Shown in pieces: positions 9,099 to 20,203 of a DNA stretch of 34,349 nucleotides (positions within the stretch are counted from its first letter, which is position 1; every line of letters begins with the position of its first letter). A program made the translations under genes and the position numbers. The stretch is from Bacteroidales bacterium (lineage in GTDB: Bacteria; Bacteroidota; Bacteroidia; Bacteroidales; UBA4181), in NCBI GenBank assembly GCA_028700615.1, contig JAQVSH010000001.1, forward strand, positions 1-34,349, written 5' to 3'. The notes beneath the pieces are model-generated. The model was not told the DNA's origin. It saw nothing but the letters and a program-made list of their open reading frames with translations, and ran no database searches.

Positions 9099-9466
9099 AA
9101 GACGATTTGAAACAACCTGAATTTGTTCAGGAGGAAAACAATCATCCTTCTGATTTTAAATTTTCCATCCGGAGTTTATTTGACGGAAAATTGATCGGCT
9201 CCATCTTGATTATTGATCGGTTGCCTTTCATCATGTTTCTGGCATTTTGGGGAGTCGTATATATCGGGAACCGATATCATGCGGAGAACATTGCCCGTCA
9301 GACAGAATCTCTGTCTGCTCAGGTAAAAGATTTGAGGGCTCAGTCTTTAATCACTTCGAGAGACTTGATGCAATTGAGCCGTGAACAGGAGGTGCTAAGA
9401 TTAATCAGAGCGCGCGGACTGGGTCTTCAGGAGCCGGTCCGGCCTCCCTATAAAATAAAACGATAG
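9095..9466 (+). CDS. ftsL: FtsL-like cell division protein
   Basis: 123 aa with a single TM segment (LPFIMFLAFWGVVYIG) followed by a coiled-coil-like segment. It occupies the conserved position between rsmH and ftsI, with an ATGA overlap with rsmH. Confidence 0.7.
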   Translation: MKDDLKQPEFVQEENNHPSDFKFSIRSLFDGKLIGSILIIDRLPFIMFLAFWGVVYIGNRYHAENIARQTESLSAQVKDLRAQSLITSRDLMQLSREQEVLRLIRARGLGLQEPVRPPYKIKR

Positions 9467-9472
9467 GCCGTG

Positions 9473-11596
9473 ATGTCTGCAAAGAAAAATATGATGGTCC
9501 GTATCGGGATTGTTTACCTCATGATTTTATTACTGGGGGTGGCAATTCTTGCAAAGATTGTTTATTTGCAGGTTGTGGAAGGTGAATACTGGAGAGGGCA
9601 GGCCCAGAAATCAACTTTAAAAGTTTTTAATGTAGAGGCCAAAAGAGGGGATATTCTTTCTTCAGAAGGTCTTGTGCTGGCTTCTTCCGTCCCCTTTTAT
9701 GATATCCGCTTTGACCCTTTGGCCGATGGAATCGCGGGCAGAAATAAAGGGATTTTTAATAAAGGGATTGATTCCCTGTGCCTATGTCTTTCTCGTCTGT
9801 TCAGAGATAAATCCAAAAGTGAATACAAAAGGATTATTATGAATGCGAGAGCTGCTAATAATCGTAATCTATTGATTCACAAGCAGGCGGACTATGAACA
9901 ACTGGTAAAACTGAAGAAATTTCCTTTATTTCGCCTGGGAAGAAACCGGGGCGGGCTGATTGTGGAAATCGATAACCGGCGTATTTATCCCTATGGAGAT
10001 ATGGGATACCGTACCATCGGATATTATAGCAAGGCAGATACCTCTGTGGGAATAGAAGGCAGCTTTAATGATCTGCTCAGGGGGAAAGACGGATCAGAAC
10101 TCAGACGAAAGATTGCGGGGGGAGGCTGGATGCCTGTTTCAGATGGAGACTACTCAGATCCTGTAGATGGCCTGGATGTGGTAACAACCCTGGATGTAAG
10201 GATTCAGGATATGGCCCAGGCCGCTTTACGCAGACAGTTGGTCGAGTTGGGAGCCGATCATGGAACGGTGATTGTGATGGAAACTTCTACCGGAGACATT
10301 AAAGCCATCAGCAACCTTCAGCGTCATAACGGGACTTATCAGGAACGCTATAATTATGCCATCGGGGAAGCCGTTGAACCGGGATCTACTTTCAAACTGG
10401 CGTCTTATATGGCTTTACTCGAAGATGGTTATGTTCAGCCGGATGATGTAATAGACAACAAGAATGGTTCATGGAATTACAAAGGCAAGAAATTTCATGA
10501 TGATGACAAAGAAGCTACCAAAGGAAAACTGACGGTTGAACAGGCTTTCGCGTTGTCCTCCAATCCTGCGATTGCCCAAATGGCAGTCCGGTATTATACC
10601 GGAAAGGAAAAACAATTTCTGAAACATTTTTCGGATTTTCACCTGACAGAACCTTTCTCTCTTCAGATTGCCGGAGAGGGAAAACCTTTTTTTCAGAATC
10701 CTGAAACTAAAAATCAACGCAATGCCTGGTCTGCCTGGACATTACCCATGATGTCTACCGGGTACGAACTCAGGCTGGCTCCGATTCATACCCTTACATT
10801 GTACAATGCGGTAGCCAATGGCGGGAAAATGGTAAAACCCCGTTTTGTAAAGGAAATACAAAAAGATGGTTCTACGGTGGAATCTTATCCTGTAGAAGTC
10901 CTTTCCTATAAAATATGTTCTTCCTCGACCTTGAAGAAGATTACACAGATGATGGAGGCCGTGGTGGAATATGGAACAGCCAAAGCCATTCGTTCGAAAG
11001 TGTATAAAATTGCAGGTAAAACCGGGACTGCACAGATTGCTATGGGAACAGGAGGATATGGGGATATAAAAAGGCACTATGCCAGTTTTGCGGGTTTTTT
11101 CCCGGCGGAAGATCCTCATTATTCCTGTATCGTAACGGTATACGCTCCGGCAAACGGGGCTTATGCGGGGGCTATGGCTGCGGCTCCTGTTTTCAGGGAA
11201 ATCTCCGACCGGATTTATGCCACTTCTTATGATCTTCATGCTACCCTGAGAAAATCTGGTAAGGATACGGTATCGCTTCCGACTTCCAAATCCGGAGATT
11301 ATGCTGCTTTGATAAAAGTTTTAAAATCGCTGGATATTCCGTATGATAATAATTCCGATCAGAAAGAATGGGTCAATACCCACACCGGATCAGAAGAAAT
11401 AAAAATAACAGACCGGAAGGTTGTGAAAGGGCTTGTGCCTAATGTTCAGGATATGGGCCTGAAAGACGCTTTATATTTGCTGGAAAGTTCAGGAATGAGA
11501 GTTCAGGTTCGTGGATCGGGCCGGGTGAGGAAACAATCGGTGTCTCCCGGAATGAAAGTTCACAAAGGGAATACAATCGTTATTGAATTAGGATAA
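9473..11596 (+). CDS. ftsI: Peptidoglycan D,D-transpeptidase FtsI (class B PBP) with C-terminal PASTA domain
   Basis: N-terminal TM anchor. Transpeptidase motifs are STFK (GSTFKLASY), SSN (ALSSNPAI) and KTGT (GKTGTAQ). The last 53 aa are PASTA-like. The ATG at 9473 is preferred over the GTG at 9470. Confidence 0.9.
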   Translation: MSAKKNMMVRIGIVYLMILLLGVAILAKIVYLQVVEGEYWRGQAQKSTLKVFNVEAKRGDILSSEGLVLASSVPFYDIRFDPLADGIAGRNKGIFNKGIDSLCLCLSRLFRDKSKSEYKRIIMNARAANNRNLLIHKQADYEQLVKLKKFPLFRLGRNRGGLIVEIDNRRIYPYGDMGYRTIGYYSKADTSVGIEGSFNDLLRGKDGSELRRKIAGGGWMPVSDGDYSDPVDGLDVVTTLDVRIQDMAQAALRRQLVELGADHGTVIVMETSTGDIKAISNLQRHNGTYQERYNYAIGEAVEPGSTFKLASYMALLEDGYVQPDDVIDNKNGSWNYKGKKFHDDDKEATKGKLTVEQAFALSSNPAIAQMAVRYYTGKEKQFLKHFSDFHLTEPFSLQIAGEGKPFFQNPETKNQRNAWSAWTLPMMSTGYELRLAPIHTLTLYNAVANGGKMVKPRFVKEIQKDGSTVESYPVEVLSYKICSSSTLKKITQMMEAVVEYGTAKAIRSKVYKIAGKTGTAQIAMGTGGYGDIKRHYASFAGFFPAEDPHYSCIVTVYAPANGAYAGAMAAAPVFREISDRIYATSYDLHATLRKSGKDTVSLPTSKSGDYAALIKVLKSLDIPYDNNSDQKEWVNTHTGSEEIKITDRKVVKGLVPNVQDMGLKDALYLLESSGMRVQVRGSGRVRKQSVSPGMKVHKGNTIVIELG

Positions 11597-13065
11597 TGAG
11601 AAAAACTATGCAAAAACTATCGACAATTCTTCAGGGGATTCCCACATTGGCGGTGTATGGGAATGCTGATATTTCCGCAGAGTTTCTCTGTTTTGACTCC
11701 CGTCGGGTGCAACGCGGTTGTGTGTTTTTCGCAGTCCCCGGAGAAAAAACCGATGGACATGTTTATATTCCCCAGGCCATTGCATCGGGAGCGCATGCCA
11801 TTGTTTGCGAACATCTTCCCGAAAATCAGCACGAAGGTATTGTCTATGTTCTGGTAGAAGATGTACACAGAACCCTTGGTCTCATGGCATCTGCTTTTTA
11901 TGGACATCCTTCCAGACATCTTAAGCTGGTGGGAGTGACCGGAACTAACGGGAAAACCACTACAGCCACTTTACTTTACAGGCTTTTCCGGCAACTTGGC
12001 TATAAAGCAGGGCTTCTTTCTACGGTGGTCAACTATGTTGAAGAAAAGGCGGTCCCCACTACGCATACTACTCCTGATTCTTTGGAAATCAATCAATTGT
12101 TGTCTGAGATGGTGGAAGAGGGTTGTGGATATTGTTTTATGGAAGTGAGTTCTCATGCTGTGGTTCAGGAAAGAATCGCAGGATTATATTTTTCAGGAGG
12201 ATTGTTTTCCAATTTAACGCATGATCATCTGGATTTTCACAAAACCTTCGAATCTTATCTTCAGGCTAAGAAGCGTTTCTTTGATCAGCTTCCATCAGAA
12301 GCTTTTGCTCTTGTCAATACAGATGACCGCAATGGACGGGTCATGGTTCAGAATACCAAAGCCCGGGTAAAAACCTATGCCTTGCATTCCATGGCTGATT
12401 TCCGGGCAAAGATTTTAGAAAATCATCTTGAAGGCATGTTGATGGAGATTTCCGGGATTCAGACCTGGACCCGTTTTATCGGAGAGTTCAATGCCTATAA
12501 CCTGCTTTGTGTATATGGTGCGGCGGTTTCATTGAATCAGAACCCTGCGGCGGTTTTAGAAATACTGAGTACGCTTACCCCGGTGGCAGGCCGTTTTGAT
12601 TACATCCGTTCAAAAGAAGGAGTTCTTGCTATCGTAGATTATGCTCATACTCCGGATGCCGTAAAGAATGTTTTGACTGCCATTTCACAGCTTTCAGTTC
12701 AGAAATCCGGAAAAATCATTGCAGTCGTAGGCGCCGGAGGGGATAGGGATAAAACCAAACGTCCGGTAATGGCTAAAATCGCTTTTGAACAAAGTGACCG
12801 ATTGATTCTTACTTCCGATAATCCCCGGACCGAATCTCCTGAGGCCATCCTGCAAGAGATGATAGCCGGGATTCCTCCTTCCGACCGGAGTAAAGTGCTT
12901 GTGATTACCGACCGGCGGGAAGCCATTAAAACAGCCTGTGCTCTGGCTGTCCCCGGAGATATTATTCTGCTGGCAGGTAAAGGCCATGAAAACTATCAGG
13001 AGATTAACGGAGTTAAATATCATTTTGACGACAAGGAAGAACTTGAAAAACTATTGATCCAGTAA
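11596..13065 (+). CDS. murE: UDP-N-acetylmuramoyl-L-alanyl-D-glutamate--2,6-diaminopimelate ligase
   Basis: Contains the [12 protein letters not shown]-loop, HAVVQERI, and DNPR (LTSDNPRTE), which is characteristic of meso-DAP-adding MurE. Conserved dcw position. Confidence 0.95.
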   Translation: MRKTMQKLSTILQGIPTLAVYGNADISAEFLCFDSRRVQRGCVFFAVPGEKTDGHVYIPQAIASGAHAIVCEHLPENQHEGIVYVLVEDVHRTLGLMASAFYGHPSRHLKLVGVTGTNGKTTTATLLYRLFRQLGYKAGLLSTVVNYVEEKAVPTTHTTPDSLEINQLLSEMVEEGCGYCFMEVSSHAVVQERIAGLYFSGGLFSNLTHDHLDFHKTFESYLQAKKRFFDQLPSEAFALVNTDDRNGRVMVQNTKARVKTYALHSMADFRAKILENHLEGMLMEISGIQTWTRFIGEFNAYNLLCVYGAAVSLNQNPAAVLEILSTLTPVAGRFDYIRSKEGVLAIVDYAHTPDAVKNVLTAISQLSVQKSGKIIAVVGAGGDRDKTKRPVMAKIAFEQSDRLILTSDNPRTESPEAILQEMIAGIPPSDRSKVLVITDRREAIKTACALAVPGDIILLAGKGHENYQEINGVKYHFDDKEELEKLLIQ

Positions 13066-13083
13066 CCTCTTATTTCTGACGAT

Positions 13084-14343
13084 ATGCTATACTATTTGTT
13101 TGATTTTCTGGATGAACGATACCAGTTTCCGGGGGCCGGAATGTTTCAGTACATTTCCTTCCGATCCGGTCTTGCCGTAATGACGGCCTTGTTTATAGCG
13201 CTGGTGATTGGTAAGAAGGTGATTTCCATACTTCAGAAAAAACTGGTCGGGGAATCCATCCGAAATCTCGGACTGGAAGGACAAATGAGCAAACAGGGCA
13301 CACCCACTATGGGAGGATTGATCATTTTGGTTTCTCTGCTGGTGCCGGTTATTCTCTTTGCCGATTTGCGTAATATTTATATCATACTTCTGATCATTAC
13401 CGCCGTATGGCTAGGGTTTTTAGGTTTTCTGGACGACTATATCAAAGTCTTCAAAAAAGATAAAGCAGGCCTTCAGGGGAAATTTAAGATCGTGGGTCAG
13501 GTCAGCCTGGGGATTATTGTTGCATGCATCATGCTGACACATCAGGATATCCGCGTCAGAGAAAAAGTGCCTGTCCAGGTTTCGGGGATTCAACCCACAG
13601 TAACAGATACCCTTCAGACCGGGAACCTTTCTTCTAATTCCGATTTTGTATATAAAGACATAAGGTCCCTGAAAACGACCATCCCTTTTATCAAAAATAA
13701 CGAATTTGATTATCACTGGTTTGTTCCTTTTGCCGGGGGAAAAGCAGAATACCTTGTCTGGCTGATTTTTGCGCTGATCATTATTTTCATTGTTACGGCA
13801 GTATCTAACGGAACTAATATTACAGACGGACTGGATGGCTTGGCGGCAGGAACCTCCGCAATTGCCGGAGGCACCCTGGCTATTCTGGCATATGTCTCCG
13901 GTAATATGATTACAGCGGAATATCTCGGGATTATGTATATTCCCCTGACCGGAGAAATGGTGGTGTTTATCAGTGCGTTTATCGGTGCACTTGTCGGATT
14001 TTTATGGTACAATACCTATCCGGCACAGGTTTTTATGGGAGATACGGGAAGCCTGGCCATTGGCGGAATCATTGCCGTATTTTCAATTCTGATTCGTAAA
14101 GAACTTTTGATCCCGTTTTTATGCGGAATCTTTTTGGTTGAAAATCTTTCGGTTTTAATGCAGGTGTCCTGGTTTAAGTTTACCCGGAAACGATTTGGAG
14201 AAGGAAGGAGAATTTTCTTAATGGCTCCGCTTCATCATCATTACCAGAAAAAAGGATATCCCGAGCCAAAGATTGTGACGCGTTTCTGGATTGTCGGAAT
14301 ATTTCTGGCAGTGATTACTTTAGTGACTTTAAAGATAAGATAA
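13084..14343 (+). CDS. mraY: Phospho-N-acetylmuramoyl-pentapeptide transferase
   Basis: Polytopic membrane protein with [33 protein letters not shown] and APLHHHY. Confidence 0.95.
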   Translation: MLYYLFDFLDERYQFPGAGMFQYISFRSGLAVMTALFIALVIGKKVISILQKKLVGESIRNLGLEGQMSKQGTPTMGGLIILVSLLVPVILFADLRNIYIILLIITAVWLGFLGFLDDYIKVFKKDKAGLQGKFKIVGQVSLGIIVACIMLTHQDIRVREKVPVQVSGIQPTVTDTLQTGNLSSNSDFVYKDIRSLKTTIPFIKNNEFDYHWFVPFAGGKAEYLVWLIFALIIIFIVTAVSNGTNITDGLDGLAAGTSAIAGGTLAILAYVSGNMITAEYLGIMYIPLTGEMVVFISAFIGALVGFLWYNTYPAQVFMGDTGSLAIGGIIAVFSILIRKELLIPFLCGIFLVENLSVLMQVSWFKFTRKRFGEGRRIFLMAPLHHHYQKKGYPEPKIVTRFWIVGIFLAVITLVTLKIR

Positions 14344-14352
14344 GATTTAGTT

Positions 14353-15696
14353 ATGAACAGCAAGAAAAGAATAGTGATTTTGGGGGCGGCTGAAAGCGGG
14401 GTAGGAGCCGCCGTACTGGCAAAAACGAAGGGATTTGATGTGTTTGTGTCGGATTCCGGAACGATTTTGTCTGAGTATAAGGCGAAATTAAATGAATATC
14501 AGATTATTTATGAAGAAAATGGCCATACTCCGGAATTGATTCTTTCAGCGGACGAGGTGGTCAAAAGTCCCGGAATTCCTTTTACGGCTCCGCTGGTAAG
14601 AGAATTGACCGCCAGAAACATTTCCATCATTTCCGAAATTGAGTTTGCCGGGCGGTATACCACTGCAAAGAAAATATGTATTACCGGAAGTAATGGTAAA
14701 ACCACCACAACTTCACTGATTTATCATATGATGAAAAAGGCCGGGTTGAATGTGGGCCTGGCCGGCAATATCGGGAAAAGTTTTGCACTGCAGGTGGCTG
14801 AATGCCAATTTGATTACTATGTGATCGAATTAAGCAGTTTTCAGCTTGACAGTATGTATAATTTTAAGGCGGATATTGCTATATTACTAAATATTACTCC
14901 GGATCATCTGGATCGTTATGATCATTGCTTTCAGAAATATGCGGATGCTAAAATGCGCATTCTGCAAAATCTCTCCCTGGATGAATATTTTATTTTCTGT
15001 TCTGACGATGAAGTCACCGTGAGAGAATTAAAGCAAATTGTTCTTACTGCACAGAAATTACCTTTTTCTGTACAGAAAAAAGAAGTCCCCGGGGCTTGGG
15101 CTGACTCGGATAATCTACACGTAGATATGAATCCGGGTGGTTTTGAAATGCCTTTGGGAAGTCTGTCCCTGAGAGGGAAGCACAATACATACAACTCTAT
15201 GGCGGCAGGTCTGACCGGGTCAGCGCTGCATATCCGGAACGAAATTATTCGTGAAAGTCTGACTGATTTTCAGGGAGTGGAACACCGGTTAGAACCTGTA
15301 CTGACCATCCAGGGGGTGGATTATATCAATGATTCAAAGGCTACCAACGTGAATTCGGTCTGGTATGCACTGGAATGTATGCAAAGACCTGTAGTATGGA
15401 TTGCCGGAGGAACAGACAAGGGAAATGATTACAGTGAATTATTTGATCTGGTAGACAGGAAAGTAAAGGCTTTGGTATGTCTGGGGAAAGACAATACAAA
15501 ATTGATCCGGTCTTTTTCAGGGAGAATACCTTTGATAGAAGAAGCTCATTCCATGGAAGAAGCCGTTTTGAAAGCCTCTGCCATGGCGGTACCCGGGGAT
15601 ACCGTATTGCTTTCTCCGGCATGTGCAAGTTTTGATCTATTTCGTAACTATGAAGACAGAGGGGAACAATTTAAAGCCACAGTGAGAAATCTATGA
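14353..15696 (+). CDS. murD: UDP-N-acetylmuramoylalanine--D-glutamate ligase
   Basis: N-terminal Rossmann motif (VILGAAESGVGAA), the ITGSNGKTTTT P-loop, NITPDHLDRY and DSKATN. Confidence 0.95.
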   Translation: MNSKKRIVILGAAESGVGAAVLAKTKGFDVFVSDSGTILSEYKAKLNEYQIIYEENGHTPELILSADEVVKSPGIPFTAPLVRELTARNISIISEIEFAGRYTTAKKICITGSNGKTTTTSLIYHMMKKAGLNVGLAGNIGKSFALQVAECQFDYYVIELSSFQLDSMYNFKADIAILLNITPDHLDRYDHCFQKYADAKMRILQNLSLDEYFIFCSDDEVTVRELKQIVLTAQKLPFSVQKKEVPGAWADSDNLHVDMNPGGFEMPLGSLSLRGKHNTYNSMAAGLTGSALHIRNEIIRESLTDFQGVEHRLEPVLTIQGVDYINDSKATNVNSVWYALECMQRPVVWIAGGTDKGNDYSELFDLVDRKVKALVCLGKDNTKLIRSFSGRIPLIEEAHSMEEAVLKASAMAVPGDTVLLSPACASFDLFRNYEDRGEQFKATVRNL

Positions 15697-16934
15697 TGGA
15701 TAATATCAAAAAATATGTAAAGGGAGATATGGTCATCTGGGGCGTGGTGATCGGTTTATTTCTGTTCTCTCTTTTAGCCGTATACAGTGCGACGGATACC
15801 CTGTCCTATTCCAAATTTGGAGGCAATAGCGGATCTGTGGTCGTGCGGCATTTATCCTTCATCTTTGCAGGACTAATCATTATGTTCTTTGTTCATCTAC
15901 TGCCCACTACCGTTTACAGGGCTTTATCCACCTGGATGATTTTTTTGATTATTCCTTTATTATTGATCACTTTGCTTTTTGGAGTCTCCATTAATCAGGC
16001 CTCCCGATGGATGGAAATCCCCGGTATAGGTATTACTATTCAGACTTCGGATATAGCCAAAGTAGTGGCCATGATGTTCCTTGCCAAGGGCCTGTCGGTA
16101 AGGCAAAACCAGATTCAGGATTTCAGAAAAGGATTTATCCCCGTGATCTGGCCGGTTTTAATTGTCTGCGCCCTGATTATGCCGGCAAATTTATCTACGG
16201 CAGTACTGTTGTTTATCAGTGCTACCGTGTTGATGTTTGTAGGACAGGTAAAAGTTAAACATTTGTCGGTTCTTTACCTTGCCTGCATCCTTTTGATCAG
16301 TGTTTTTATGGGAACCGGGATTCTTTTGAAAAAAATGGATATGGGAGATAATCCCATCACCCAGCGTGTAGATACCTGGATTAACAGGATTGAGAATTTT
16401 TCGAACGATAAGACAGATTCCAGAGGGGCCGACTTTCAATCCGAACAGGGAAAGATTGCTATTGCCTCGGGAGGTATTGTCGGTAAAGGTCCCGGAAACA
16501 GCAATCAGAGAGTGATGCTTCCCCAATCCTATAATGATTTTATTTATGCCATTATTATAGAAGAATATGGATTTGTGGGAGGAGCAATCCTGCTTATGCT
16601 ATACCTGACTTTACTTTTCAGGGCCGGTATGCTGGTTCAGCGTTCCGACCGTCTGTTCCCCTCTCTGCTGGCGATGGGACTAACCATCATCCTGGTATTT
16701 CAGGCGATGATTAATATGGCGGTAGTGGTCGGGATCGTCCCCGTAACAGGCCAGCCGCTTCCTTTAGTGAGTATGGGAGGATCTTCCTTGCTGGTTACCA
16801 GTGCTGCAATCGGTGTGATTCTGGGGGTCAGTAAAGAGCTAAAACGTCCGGATCAGACTCAGGACAAAACCACCCCTGAAGGTCCGTCCGAACTGGAAAC
16901 ACAATTTGCCCAACCCGGAAATCAATACAGTTAA
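15693..16934 (+). CDS. ftsW: SEDS-family peptidoglycan glycosyltransferase FtsW
   Basis: A roughly 10-TM protein of the FtsW/RodA/SpoVE family (SDFIYAIIIEEYGFVGG, TGQPLPLVSMGGSS). ATGA overlap with murD and conserved dcw position. Confidence 0.9.
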   Translation: MMDNIKKYVKGDMVIWGVVIGLFLFSLLAVYSATDTLSYSKFGGNSGSVVVRHLSFIFAGLIIMFFVHLLPTTVYRALSTWMIFLIIPLLLITLLFGVSINQASRWMEIPGIGITIQTSDIAKVVAMMFLAKGLSVRQNQIQDFRKGFIPVIWPVLIVCALIMPANLSTAVLLFISATVLMFVGQVKVKHLSVLYLACILLISVFMGTGILLKKMDMGDNPITQRVDTWINRIENFSNDKTDSRGADFQSEQGKIAIASGGIVGKGPGNSNQRVMLPQSYNDFIYAIIIEEYGFVGGAILLMLYLTLLFRAGMLVQRSDRLFPSLLAMGLTIILVFQAMINMAVVVGIVPVTGQPLPLVSMGGSSLLVTSAAIGVILGVSKELKRPDQTQDKTTPEGPSELETQFAQPGNQYS

Positions 16935-16937
16935 AAT

Positions 16938-18035
16938 ATGTCTGTAAGAATTATCATAAGCGGAGGTGGAACGGGAGGTCATATCTTCCCGGCGATTTCG
17001 ATTGCCAGGGCGCTGGAACAGTTAGAGCCCGGAATAGAACTTCTCTTTGTGGGAGCCTTGGGGCGTATGGAGATGACAAAGGTAGCCGGGGCCGGCTACC
17101 GGATTATCGGACTTCCTGTCAGTGGCTTTCATCGCAGTTTTACTCCGGCTAATGTTAAAGTATTGTACCAATTGTGCCTCAGCTTATGGAAAGCCCGTAA
17201 ATTAATACGGGAATTCAAACCTCAGGCTGCGGTGGGCGTGGGAGGGTATGTGAGTGCTCCTGTATTAAAAATAGCCTCATTGAGCGGAGTGCCTACAGTC
17301 ATTCAGGAACAAAACTCTTATGCCGGAATGACCAATAAATGGCTGGCTGCCAAAGCCCGTAAAATATGTGTTGCTTATCCGGGAATGGAAAAATTCTTTC
17401 CTGCTGACCGGATTATTCTGACCGGAAATCCTGTGCGTCAGGAGATTGAAATGAATCAATCTACCCGGGAGGAAGCCTGTCGTTATTTTGGACTGGATCC
17501 CGCCGGTAAGATACTCTTGGTATTGGGAGGGAGCCTGGGTGCGAGAACCATCAATGAGAGTATGAAAGGGGTTTGCCGGCAAAAAGATGCTGAGACCCAG
17601 ATTATCTGGCAGACCGGAGAGCGTTACTATCAGGAAATGACAGGTCTGTATGGTCAGAAGGATCCGAAAACTGTCATCAAAGATTTCATCCAGAGAATGG
17701 ACCTGGCATATGCAGCGGCCGACCTGATTGTTTCCAGAGCAGGAGCCGGTACAATTTCTGAATTGTGTATTGTAGGAAAAGCCTGCATATTAATTCCTTC
17801 ACCTAATGTAGCAGAAGATCATCAGACGCACAATGCACTTTCTCTGGTTAACCGGGGTGCTGCCTGCCTGATTCCGGACGCAGAGGCGGAATCAGCTCTG
17901 TCCGCGAAGGTTAAGGAATTGCTTGATAACGAAAGCGTAAGAAAACAAATGTCTGAAAAAATTCATGAGTTGGCCGAATTTCATTCAGCAGAACGGATAG
18001 CCCGAGAGGTTTTGTCCATCATTAAAACAAATTAA
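16938..18035 (+). CDS. murG: UDP-N-acetylglucosamine--N-acetylmuramyl-(pentapeptide) pyrophosphoryl-undecaprenol GlcNAc transferase
   Basis: Contains SGGGTGGHIFPAISIA, GGSLGAR, SRAGAGTISEL and EDHQTHNA. Confidence 0.95.
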   Translation: MSVRIIISGGGTGGHIFPAISIARALEQLEPGIELLFVGALGRMEMTKVAGAGYRIIGLPVSGFHRSFTPANVKVLYQLCLSLWKARKLIREFKPQAAVGVGGYVSAPVLKIASLSGVPTVIQEQNSYAGMTNKWLAAKARKICVAYPGMEKFFPADRIILTGNPVRQEIEMNQSTREEACRYFGLDPAGKILLVLGGSLGARTINESMKGVCRQKDAETQIIWQTGERYYQEMTGLYGQKDPKTVIKDFIQRMDLAYAAADLIVSRAGAGTISELCIVGKACILIPSPNVAEDHQTHNALSLVNRGAACLIPDAEAESALSAKVKELLDNESVRKQMSEKIHELAEFHSAERIAREVLSIIKTN

Positions 18036-18036
18036 A

Positions 18037-19416
18037 ATGGATTTAAAAAACATACAGAGCGTTTATTTTATCGGCATAGGCGGCATTGGGATGAGTGCTC
18101 TTGCCCGGTATTTTCTATTTCTCGGCAAAAAGGTTGCAGGTTATGACCGTACGGAAACTGACCTTACCAGAACCTTGAGCGCGGAGGGTATGGAAATCCA
18201 TTACCGGGATGAGGTATCCTTAATTCCTGCATACTGCAAAGCCGGCCCTGAGAAGGTCATGGTGATTTTTACCCCCGCCATTCCTAAAAATCATAGTGAA
18301 TGGAACTGGTTTCAGACAGAAGGATACACCCTCATTAAACGGGCTCAGGCTTTAGGTGAGATATCCCGTCAAAAAAAGACCATTGCCATTGCCGGGACTC
18401 ATGGTAAAACATCCATTACTACGATGACTTCTTATTTACTCAAAGAAACCGGAGTGGGTTGTGATGCTTTTCTGGGCGGCATTTCAAAAAATTATCAGAC
18501 AAATCTTCTGTTGCAGGAGGGCTCTGAATGGGTGGTCATTGAGGCGGATGAATTTGATCGTTCTTTTCATTGGCTCAGACCCTATATTGCAGTCATTTCC
18601 GCTATGGATGCGGATCATCTGGACATATACGGGGATCATGAAGCCGTGAAGGTTTCCTTCTCGGAATTTACTGCGGGAATCTCTGACGAAGGAATCCTTT
18701 TGACCAAATTGGGGGTTGAACCGGAGGTTCGCACGCGTGCCAGACGTTACCGTTATTCGCTGAGAGATACAAATGCTGACTTTTACGCCGAAAACATTCG
18801 TTTATCGGATGGGAAATATTGTATAGACCTTCATACTCCTTTTGGGGTAGTTCCTTCCATCAAAATTGGAGTTCCGGGTTTACTCAATGTCGAAAATGCA
18901 GTTGCTGCCATGGCTGCGGCCATTCTTTCTGGAGCGGATAAATCTCTTATTCCCGGAGTTATGCCGGGTTTCTCAGGTGTCAATCGTCGCTTTGATATCA
19001 GGTTCCGTTCGGCGGATAGACTTTATATTGATGATTATGGACATCATCCCGAGGAGTTGAGATTTACCCTTCAATCTATTCGGGATCTTTATCCGGGACG
19101 GCATATTACAGCTGTTTTCCAACCTCATTTATATTCCAGAACCCGCGATTTTGCCGAAGAATTTGCAAAAAGTCTGAGCCTGGCCGATGCTCTGTTCTTG
19201 TTAGATATTTATCCGGCCAGAGAAGAACCTATCGAAGGGGTTACCTCTTCGATCATATTTGACAGGGTAAACCTTCAGGACAAGATCCTTTGCAGAAAAG
19301 AAGACTTTCCGGATTTGCTGGAAAAACACAAAATAGACATTCTGGTCACTATGGGGGCCGGAGATATTGATAGACTGATCATTCCGATTACAGATTGGTT
19401 AAAGAAAAATAGCTGA
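18037..19416 (+). CDS. murC: UDP-N-acetylmuramate--L-alanine ligase
   Basis: Contains FIGIGGIGMSALA, the IAGTHGKTS P-loop, MDADHLDIYG, DDYGHHPEE and QPHLYSRT. Confidence 0.95.
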   Translation: MDLKNIQSVYFIGIGGIGMSALARYFLFLGKKVAGYDRTETDLTRTLSAEGMEIHYRDEVSLIPAYCKAGPEKVMVIFTPAIPKNHSEWNWFQTEGYTLIKRAQALGEISRQKKTIAIAGTHGKTSITTMTSYLLKETGVGCDAFLGGISKNYQTNLLLQEGSEWVVIEADEFDRSFHWLRPYIAVISAMDADHLDIYGDHEAVKVSFSEFTAGISDEGILLTKLGVEPEVRTRARRYRYSLRDTNADFYAENIRLSDGKYCIDLHTPFGVVPSIKIGVPGLLNVENAVAAMAAAILSGADKSLIPGVMPGFSGVNRRFDIRFRSADRLYIDDYGHHPEELRFTLQSIRDLYPGRHITAVFQPHLYSRTRDFAEEFAKSLSLADALFLLDIYPAREEPIEGVTSSIIFDRVNLQDKILCRKEDFPDLLEKHKIDILVTMGAGDIDRLIIPITDWLKKNS

Positions 19417-19421
19417 GAAAA

Positions 19422-20198
19422 ATGTGGAAGAGAATTTTTATTCTTATTGCCGGACTCATGATCATAGCATACTTTTCAGTATCTATTGTCTTTACTGAGA
19501 GCAAACGCAAAGAAGTAAAATGTACTTCCGTTAAAATTACTATGCCCGATGAAAAATACGGAAAGTTTTTCACGGATCAGGAAGTTTATTCCCTGATGGG
19601 CAGCTCAAAAAAAAATCTGATCAATAAACCCATAAACGCTATTGAAACCAAAAAATTTGAAGAAAAACTACAGAAGCATACTCTGGTTGAAAGAGCCGAT
19701 GTTTACATGACTACAGACGGGACTTTTCATGTGGATATTGTACCCAGAACTCCGATTCTCCGGGTGATTAATAAGCATGGGAGCACCTTTTATATTGACA
19801 AAAAAGGATATATCATGAACCCTCCCTCGGGGTATGTTGCCTATGTACCTGTAGCTACCGGAAATATATCGCAGGGACAGGTCAAAAAATCAATTTCTGT
19901 TTTCTCAGACAGGGTGGAATCAGTTGTGGGAGAATTATATAAATTAGCGCAATATTTAGAAAACGACGATTTCTGGAGAGATCAGGTAGATCAGATCCTG
20001 GTTGACAACCAAAAGGATATTCGTTTAATTCCGCGTGTGGGAGCTCATTCTATCGTGTTGGGAAACATGGACCGGTATCAGGAGAAATTTGACAATCTGA
20101 CTTCATTTTATTTGAACGGATTGAATGTGATAGGGTGGGACAAATATGATAAGATTAACGTAAAATTTAAAGGACAGATTGTTTGCACAAAAAAATAA
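19422..20198 (+). CDS. ftsQ: Cell division protein FtsQ
   Basis: 258 aa with an N-terminal TM anchor (IFILIAGLMIIAYFSVSIVF) followed by POTRA/FtsQ-type periplasmic region. Conserved position between murC and ftsA. Confidence 0.75.
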   Translation: MWKRIFILIAGLMIIAYFSVSIVFTESKRKEVKCTSVKITMPDEKYGKFFTDQEVYSLMGSSKKNLINKPINAIETKKFEEKLQKHTLVERADVYMTTDGTFHVDIVPRTPILRVINKHGSTFYIDKKGYIMNPPSGYVAYVPVATGNISQGQVKKSISVFSDRVESVVGELYKLAQYLENDDFWRDQVDQILVDNQKDIRLIPRVGAHSIVLGNMDRYQEKFDNLTSFYLNGLNVIGWDKYDKINVKFKGQIVCTKK

Positions 20199-20203
20199 TT
20201 CAT

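Noticed and set aside
10742-11239. A 165-aa minus-strand ORF inside ftsI. Similar antisense or alternate-frame ORFs occur inside ychF (5348-5719), the PafA-like gene (3692-4042), gdhA, murE, ftsW and others.
   Set aside because: All are embedded in strongly supported genes with clear family motifs. Their translations are low-complexity and lack motifs.
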